A stretch of 41,798 bases of DNA, from positions 1-41,798 of the forward strand of contig JAJAZG010000576.1 in the NCBI GenBank assembly GCA_026785865.1, written 5' to 3'. Origin of the DNA: Pseudanabaena sp. CAN_BIN31 (GTDB taxonomy: Bacteria > Cyanobacteriota > Cyanobacteriia > Pseudanabaenales > Pseudanabaenaceae). Shown piece by piece: positions 36,656 to 41,798 of the stretch (positions within the stretch are counted from its first letter, which is position 1; each line of letters opens with the position of its first letter). The position numbers were made by a program, and so were the translations under genes. The notes below the pieces were generated by a model that worked only from the letters and a program-made list of their open reading frames with translations, did not search any database and was not told the DNA's origin.

Positions 36656-38047
36656 ATGCCACAAGCGTATGTATTAGGACTAGGACAGTCGGGAATCTCT
36701 GCTGCAAAACTGCTCAAGGCTGATGGCTGGCAGGTGACAGTTAGTGATAGCAATGCTAGTCCGAGCTTAAAACAGCGCAAACAAGCTTTAGAATCCGAAG
36801 GTATTGCGGTTGAGCTTGGTGGATTTCCTGACTTTGCCAAATTAATCGAAATGGGGCAGAGTATTGATCTCGTTGCCGTTAGTCCGGGTGTACCTTGGGA
36901 TCGTGCTGAAGTCGAACAGGCGCGATCGCTTGGCATTGAAACCATTGGCGAGATTGAATTGGCATGGCGCTACCTCAAGCATATTCCTTGGGTGGGCATC
37001 ACAGGCACTAACGGGAAAACCACCGTCACATCATTAACGACAGCAATTTTTCAGGCGGCGGGGCTGAAGGCGATCGCCTGTGGCAATATTGGTCTTCCTG
37101 CTTGCGAGATTGCTTTGAAAGTATTGCAGCAACAAATTCAGCCAGATTGGATTATTGCCGAATTAAGTAGCTATCAGATCGAATCCACCCAAACCGTCAA
37201 GCCCCAAATTGGCATCTGGACAACCTTTACCCCCGATCATCTCGATCGCCACCATACGCTCAATGCTTATCGCGATATCAAGGCAAGTTTGATCGCTTGC
37301 TCCGCACATGTCATCCTCAATGGTAATGATCCTTACTTAGAAAAATTTGGGGCGGCGATGTGGCCGAAAGCGATCTGGACAGGAGTTGATGGGCAAATTA
37401 TTGAGGCGATCGCCGATGGTGCTTGTATTGAAAAAAGTTGGGTGAAGTTTCGCGGTGAGCCAGTTTTCCCAATTTCCCACTGGCAGCTTTTAGGTAGACA
37501 TAATCGCCAAAATTTATTAATGGCAGTGGCGGCGGCGAAGCTTGCAGGTATTGACTCTGAGCATATTGATCGCGCCATTTCTGACTTTCAAGGCGTACCT
37601 CATCGCCTCGAACATATTCGTACTTATGAAGGGACTGCCTTTATCAATGACAGCAAGGCAACTAACTATGATGCGGCGGTAGTGGGTTTGCAGTCTGTAA
37701 AAGCACCCGTAATTTTGATCGCGGGTGGTGCGCCCAAGCAAGGTGATGCTAAGGGCTGGTTAGAGCAAATTCATCAAAGGGCGATCGCGGTATTATTAAT
37801 CGGTGAGGCGGCTCCATTATTTGCGGAGATGCTTACAACTGAAGGCTTTAGAAATCATAAAATTGTCGATACGCTCGAAAAAGCCGTAAAACAAGCCGCC
37901 GATATTGCCCATAGCCGCGCCCATAATCATCCTAGTCAGCCTCTGCCAACTGTGCTATTCTCCCCTGCATGTGCAAGCTTTGATCAGTTTGCTAACTTTG
38001 AGCAACGCGGCGATCGCTTCCGCCAACTTTGTCAAGATCTCGGCTAA
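36656..38047 (+). CDS. murD: UDP-N-acetylmuramoyl-L-alanine--D-glutamate ligase
   Basis: VLGLGQSG, SPGVP, ITGTNGKTT, ELSSYQ, DHLDRH, HRLE, NDSKATN and SPACASFDQF. Confidence 0.97.
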   Translation: MPQAYVLGLGQSGISAAKLLKADGWQVTVSDSNASPSLKQRKQALESEGIAVELGGFPDFAKLIEMGQSIDLVAVSPGVPWDRAEVEQARSLGIETIGEIELAWRYLKHIPWVGITGTNGKTTVTSLTTAIFQAAGLKAIACGNIGLPACEIALKVLQQQIQPDWIIAELSSYQIESTQTVKPQIGIWTTFTPDHLDRHHTLNAYRDIKASLIACSAHVILNGNDPYLEKFGAAMWPKAIWTGVDGQIIEAIADGACIEKSWVKFRGEPVFPISHWQLLGRHNRQNLLMAVAAAKLAGIDSEHIDRAISDFQGVPHRLEHIRTYEGTAFINDSKATNYDAAVVGLQSVKAPVILIAGGAPKQGDAKGWLEQIHQRAIAVLLIGEAAPLFAEMLTTEGFRNHKIVDTLEKAVKQAADIAHSRAHNHPSQPLPTVLFSPACASFDQFANFEQRGDRFRQLCQDLG

Positions 38048-38055
38048 ATACTCCC

Positions 38056-39969
38056 ATGACCCCATCTTCCTCGTCCAAAAATATTTCCACTATCAATCTG
38101 TTCAAACGCCGAACTGTGCTGATCTGGATAATTTTGGCATTGGCGATCGTGGCGTTGGTCGTGCGCCTCGTTTATTTACAAGTTGTCACATCACCCGAAT
38201 TATTAGATAAGGCAAGGCGACAACAAATGTTTACGCTGCGCCCATTTATTCCCCGCCGCACGATTACTGATCGCAAAGGTGCAGTTTTAGCCTTGGATCG
38301 CCCTGTCTATACATTATTTGCTTATCCGAACCTTTTTAAAAAATCGAAGGAAAGTCAGAAAGAATCAGCGATCGAAGAAGTCGTCGCTAAGCTTGCCCCA
38401 ATTCTCAAGCGTCCACCTGACAAGCTTCTCAATGTCTTAACTCGTGATACAACTTCTATTCAAGTTGAGTATTGGCTATCAGAAGAAAATGCCGATCTCA
38501 TTTACAACTTACGACTTGATGGATTAGAGCTAATTCAACAACGTCACCGTCTTTATCCTCAGCAAGATCTCGCTGCTGAAGTCCTTGGCTATGTGAATGT
38601 CGATCATCGTGGTCAAGCGGGAATTGAACTTAGTCAGGAAAAATTGTTGGAGCGTACCGATCAATCTCCATCTGTTACTCAAGATGGATCTGGGAAGTTA
38701 ATTCCCAATCGAATTCCTGCGGGAATGATCAATAGCGATCGCACCAATTTACAGATCACGATTGATTCTAGAATTCAGCGCACGGCAAGGCAAGTTCTCA
38801 AGCAACAGATGGTCAAATATAGTGCTAAGCGTGGCGCTGTGATTGTGATGGATGTACGGGATGGCGGCTTACTCACGCTAGTAACGGAACCAACTTACGA
38901 CCCGAATCGTTATTACGATACTGATGTTAAGCTTTTCAAAAATTGGGCAGTTTCCGATCTTTACGAACCAGGTTCTACTTTTAAACCGCTCAATGTGGCG
39001 ATCGCCCTCGAAGCAGGCGCAATTCAACCCGATACCGTCCTTAATGACGAAGGAGCTTTGACAATCGGCGGCTGGCCTGTGGCTAACTTTGACTACGAAA
39101 AAGTGGGTGCAGTTGGCCCCCTAAGCATCAGTCAAATTTTAGAGCGATCAAGCAATGTGGGCATGGTGCATATCATCCAAAGCATGAAGCCCTCGGTTTA
39201 TTATGGTTGGCTAGAGCGAATCGGCTTAGGTGATATTTCGGGCATCGATCTTCCTGCCGAAACACCTAGCACTCTCAAGCCCCAAGAGCAATTCCTTGAG
39301 TATGTGATTGAACCTGCCACCGCCTCTTTCGGTCAGGGCTTTTCGCTCACGACGATTCAGATGGTGCAACTGCATGGAATCATTGCCAGTGGCGGTAAAT
39401 TACTTACGCCTCATGTTGTTAAAGGACTGATTAATGAAGAAGGCGAAGAATATTATCAGCCGAAATTGCCTACGCCGCGCCAGATTATCTCACCCGCTAC
39501 GGCTCAACGTGTCGTGGAGATGATGACTAATGTCGTTGAAAAAGGAACAGGTAAACCTGCGCGGATTGCGGGTTATCGCATGGGCGGTAAAACTGGTACT
39601 GCTCAAAAAGCATTATCCACTGGCGGTGGTTATGCCAATACCAAAATTACTAGCTTTGCTGCCATCTTTCCATCCAAAGAGCCGCGTTATGTGGTGCTGG
39701 CGGTGATTGATGAACCCATTGGTGATGATGCCTTTGGTTCCACCGTAGCGGCTCCGATCGTGAAAACTGTAATCGAAGAGATTATCGTCAGTGAAGGGAT
39801 TCCACCAAGTCATCCTGAGGAAGTTACTTCCAAAATACCGACGCTTACTCTTCCCGATCCACAGCCTACCACAACTCCATCACCCTCAGCATCGCCATCG
39901 CTGCAAGAGCCAACACCTGCGCCTACTACTCCAAGTTCTGACCTGAAACCATCTCGCGATCGCACCTAA
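38056..39969 (+). CDS. ftsI: Class B penicillin-binding protein (FtsI/PBP3-like)
   Basis: N-terminal TM, R.YP and G..GIE motifs, EPGSTFK (SxxK), SSN, KTGTAQ and a Pro/Thr/Ser tail. ATG 38056 preferred as start. Confidence 0.9.
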   Translation: MTPSSSSKNISTINLFKRRTVLIWIILALAIVALVVRLVYLQVVTSPELLDKARRQQMFTLRPFIPRRTITDRKGAVLALDRPVYTLFAYPNLFKKSKESQKESAIEEVVAKLAPILKRPPDKLLNVLTRDTTSIQVEYWLSEENADLIYNLRLDGLELIQQRHRLYPQQDLAAEVLGYVNVDHRGQAGIELSQEKLLERTDQSPSVTQDGSGKLIPNRIPAGMINSDRTNLQITIDSRIQRTARQVLKQQMVKYSAKRGAVIVMDVRDGGLLTLVTEPTYDPNRYYDTDVKLFKNWAVSDLYEPGSTFKPLNVAIALEAGAIQPDTVLNDEGALTIGGWPVANFDYEKVGAVGPLSISQILERSSNVGMVHIIQSMKPSVYYGWLERIGLGDISGIDLPAETPSTLKPQEQFLEYVIEPATASFGQGFSLTTIQMVQLHGIIASGGKLLTPHVVKGLINEEGEEYYQPKLPTPRQIISPATAQRVVEMMTNVVEKGTGKPARIAGYRMGGKTGTAQKALSTGGGYANTKITSFAAIFPSKEPRYVVLAVIDEPIGDDAFGSTVAAPIVKTVIEEIIVSEGIPPSHPEEVTSKIPTLTLPDPQPTTTPSPSASPSLQEPTPAPTTPSSDLKPSRDRT

Positions 39970-40012
39970 CCAAAAATTAGAGTCGGCGCGAAGCGCCGCC
40001 TCTAATTTTTGG
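39970..40012. terminator. Hairpin with GCGC-GAA-GCGC core after ftsI
   Basis: CCAAAAATTAGAGTCGGCGC-GAA-GCGCCGCCTCTAATTTTTGG. Confidence 0.75.
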
Positions 40013-40053
40013 GTTAAAATTGAAATGCGATCTAATATATTTAGGAAAATGTA

Positions 40054-40311
40054 ATGGCAAAGGTTGAGATTTATACATGGCGGATGTGTCCTTTTTGTAT
40101 TAGAGCAAAACATCTACTTGATAAGAAGGGCGTAGAGTATACCGAATATGTGATCGATGGTGATGATGCAGCGCGATCGCAAATGGTGGCAAGAGGTTCT
40201 GATGGTAAGCGCTCTGTGCCTCAAATTTTTATTAACGATCTACATATTGGCGGCTGTGATGCCGTTCACGACTTAGATCGTCAAGGTAAGCTTGAGCAAT
40301 TGCTAGCTTAA
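40054..40311 (+). CDS. grxC: Glutaredoxin 3
   Basis: CPFC active site, SVPQIFI and IGGCD. Confidence 0.95.
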   Translation: MAKVEIYTWRMCPFCIRAKHLLDKKGVEYTEYVIDGDDAARSQMVARGSDGKRSVPQIFINDLHIGGCDAVHDLDRQGKLEQLLA

Positions 40312-40313
40312 AA

Positions 40314-40348
40314 CCAACAAAGGCGGCGCACAGCGCCGCCTTTGTTGG
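40314..40348. terminator. Perfect 16-bp hairpin between convergent grxC and thioredoxin
   Basis: CCAACAAAGGCGGCGC-ACA-GCGCCGCCTTTGTTGG. Confidence 0.8.
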
Positions 40349-40352
40349 AGTA

Positions 40353-40676
40353 TTACAGATATTTTTCTATGGTGGCACTAAACTCTTCATAGGTCTTGAC
40401 TCCAATCATGCTCTCGACCAATTCCCCCTGTTTAAAAAACAGCACCGCAGGAATACTTTTTAGTCCAAATTCCTTAGCCAATGGCTTATTTGTATCAATA
40501 TCTAATTTCATGACTTTGGCGCGATCGCCATAGTTTTCTGCCAACTTGTCAATTAAGGGAGTGATCACTTTACAAGGACCGCACCAAGTGGCGGTACAAT
40601 CCACAACAAGTAGAGGTGTATCTTTTTTTAAGACTTCAAATTCAGTTTGATCTTTAATAAAAACGGCTGTACTCAT
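40353..40676 (-). CDS. Thioredoxin
   Basis: WCGPC active site, SIP, 107 aa. Confidence 0.95.
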   Translation of the reverse strand: MSTAVFIKDQTEFEVLKKDTPLLVVDCTATWCGPCKVITPLIDKLAENYGDRAKVMKLDIDTNKPLAKEFGLKSIPAVLFFKQGELVESMIGVKTYEEFSATIEKYL

Positions 40677-40760
40677 ATTAATTATTTATTATTATTTTTT
40701 TAAGCGCAAAATAGTTTAACAGAAAGAAGTTGGTATTGTTTTAGAAAGTATGGTCATAGT

Positions 40761-41798
40761 GTGGCAAATATAGAAGTTGTAGTTATTGGTGGCGGGGCGG
40801 CAGGTTTTTTTGGCGCTATCCATGCAGCACAAGCACCGCATACGCGAGTAACCTTATTAGAAGCAGGGCGGCAGCCTCTGGCTAAAGTGAGAATTTCAGG
40901 CGGTGGGCGTTGCAATGTTACGCATCATTGCTTTGAAACTTCGCAATTAGTCCAGAACTATCCCAGAGGTGGCAAGGCTTTACGCGGTGCATTTTCTCGT
41001 TTTCAGCCACTTGATGTGGTGCGATGGTTTAATACTGAAGGTGTGAAGTTAAAAACCGAAGCCGATGGCAGAATGTTTCCTATTACCGATGATTCGGAAA
41101 CAATTGTAGAAGCATTAATGTTTGCCGCCAAAAAAGCTGGTGTTGTTCTTCGCAATAATGTTTTGGTTCAAAAAATTGAACGTTTAGGGGAGAGCAAATT
41201 TGATGTGATCCTTAAAAATGGCGAGAATATAATTTGCGATCGCCTGTTATTAGCGACAGGTAGTAGTCCATCAGGCTATGCGATCGCCAGATCTTTAGGA
41301 CATGAACTGGAACCTCCTGTACCTTCGCTTTTTACTTTTAATATCAAAGATTCTAAGCTACATGAACTAGCAGGCGTGAGTGTAAATCCTGCCACTGTTA
41401 AGCTGGTGACTTCATCACCAAACCTTGAAAAGAAGAAGTCTGCCCAAAATCAATTAGAACAATCAGGAGCTTTGTTAATTACCCATTGGGGAATGAGTGG
41501 GCCCGCCGTTTTAAAGCTGTCAGCATGGGGAGCGCGAGAATTGCATGATTGTAATTATCAAGCAAAATTAGCCGTTAATTGGATACCTACGCTCAAAGCG
41601 GAAGCGGTTAAGCAAATTTTATTAAACGCGAAAACCGATCAATCGAAAAAGTTTATTTCTAATTATTGTCCCGTTGAGATCTCGTTGCGCCTATGGGAAT
41701 ATTTACTAAATAAAGCAGAAGTGGAACTCGAAAAGCGTTGGGCAGATATTTCTAATAAGGCAATTCAGCAAATTGTGAATGTATTAACCGCTAGTGAA
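40761..41798 (+). CDS. HI0933/BaiN-family NAD(P)/FAD-dependent oxidoreductase (runs off the window)
   Basis: Absent from the ORF track. GTG start; VVIGGGAAG, KVRISGGGRCNVT, EADGRMFP, LATG, VPSLFTF and LITHWGMSGPAVL. Confidence 0.93.
   Translation, partial: MANIEVVVIGGGAAGFFGAIHAAQAPHTRVTLLEAGRQPLAKVRISGGGRCNVTHHCFETSQLVQNYPRGGKALRGAFSRFQPLDVVRWFNTEGVKLKTEADGRMFPITDDSETIVEALMFAAKKAGVVLRNNVLVQKIERLGESKFDVILKNGENIICDRLLLATGSSPSGYAIARSLGHELEPPVPSLFTFNIKDSKLHELAGVSVNPATVKLVTSSPNLEKKKSAQNQLEQSGALLITHWGMSGPAVLKLSAWGARELHDCNYQAKLAVNWIPTLKAEAVKQILLNAKTDQSKKFISNYCPVEISLRLWEYLLNKAEVELEKRWADISNKAIQQIVNVLTASE

Noticed and set aside
39830-39969. Pro/Thr/Ser-rich low-complexity tail of FtsI
   Set aside because: It looks like an ordinary disordered tail with no discrete repeat unit or motif.

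Overview
Cyanobacterial chromosome window, judged from abundant HIP1 GCGATCGC, an hli gene, Uma2, DUF29, GUN4 and the cyanobacterial kdp layout; a Pseudanabaena-like host is plausible but cannot be confirmed from sequence alone. It opens with the right end of an IS607-type tnpB element that interrupts an Rpn/DUF4351-type gene (1-465). A ~18 kb Wzx/Wzy polysaccharide locus follows (629-18422): flippase, polymerase, seven glycosyltransferases, one truncated GT4, four SAM methyltransferases, YdcF, priming transferase and galE, with a small antisense RHH/DUF29 insert. Next is an apparently complete ~2.8 kb IS607-family element (~18415-21218, minus strand). The rest holds arfB, a Zur/Fur-boxed metal ABC ATPase, two Uma2 genes, a two-helix Hli-like gene, a kinase-GUN4, GH57/DUF3536, a kdpA-B-G-C-D operon split by yefM-yoeB plus a PD-(D/E)XK gene, murD, ftsI, grxC, thioredoxin and a partial HI0933 flavoprotein. 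The most interesting object is the IS607 element. It has three genes (tnpA serine recombinase, an unknown 159-aa putative DNA-binding protein, and a 478-aa RuvC-intact, zinc-finger-degenerate TnpB coupled to it by TAATG), an internal palindrome made of the end motif, and a predictable omega-RNA. Removing it in silico restores an in-frame galE C-terminus. A family of GCGC-NNA-GCGC-core hairpins/MITEs occupies many intergenic spaces. All family assignments come from motif recognition by eye, not from database searches.
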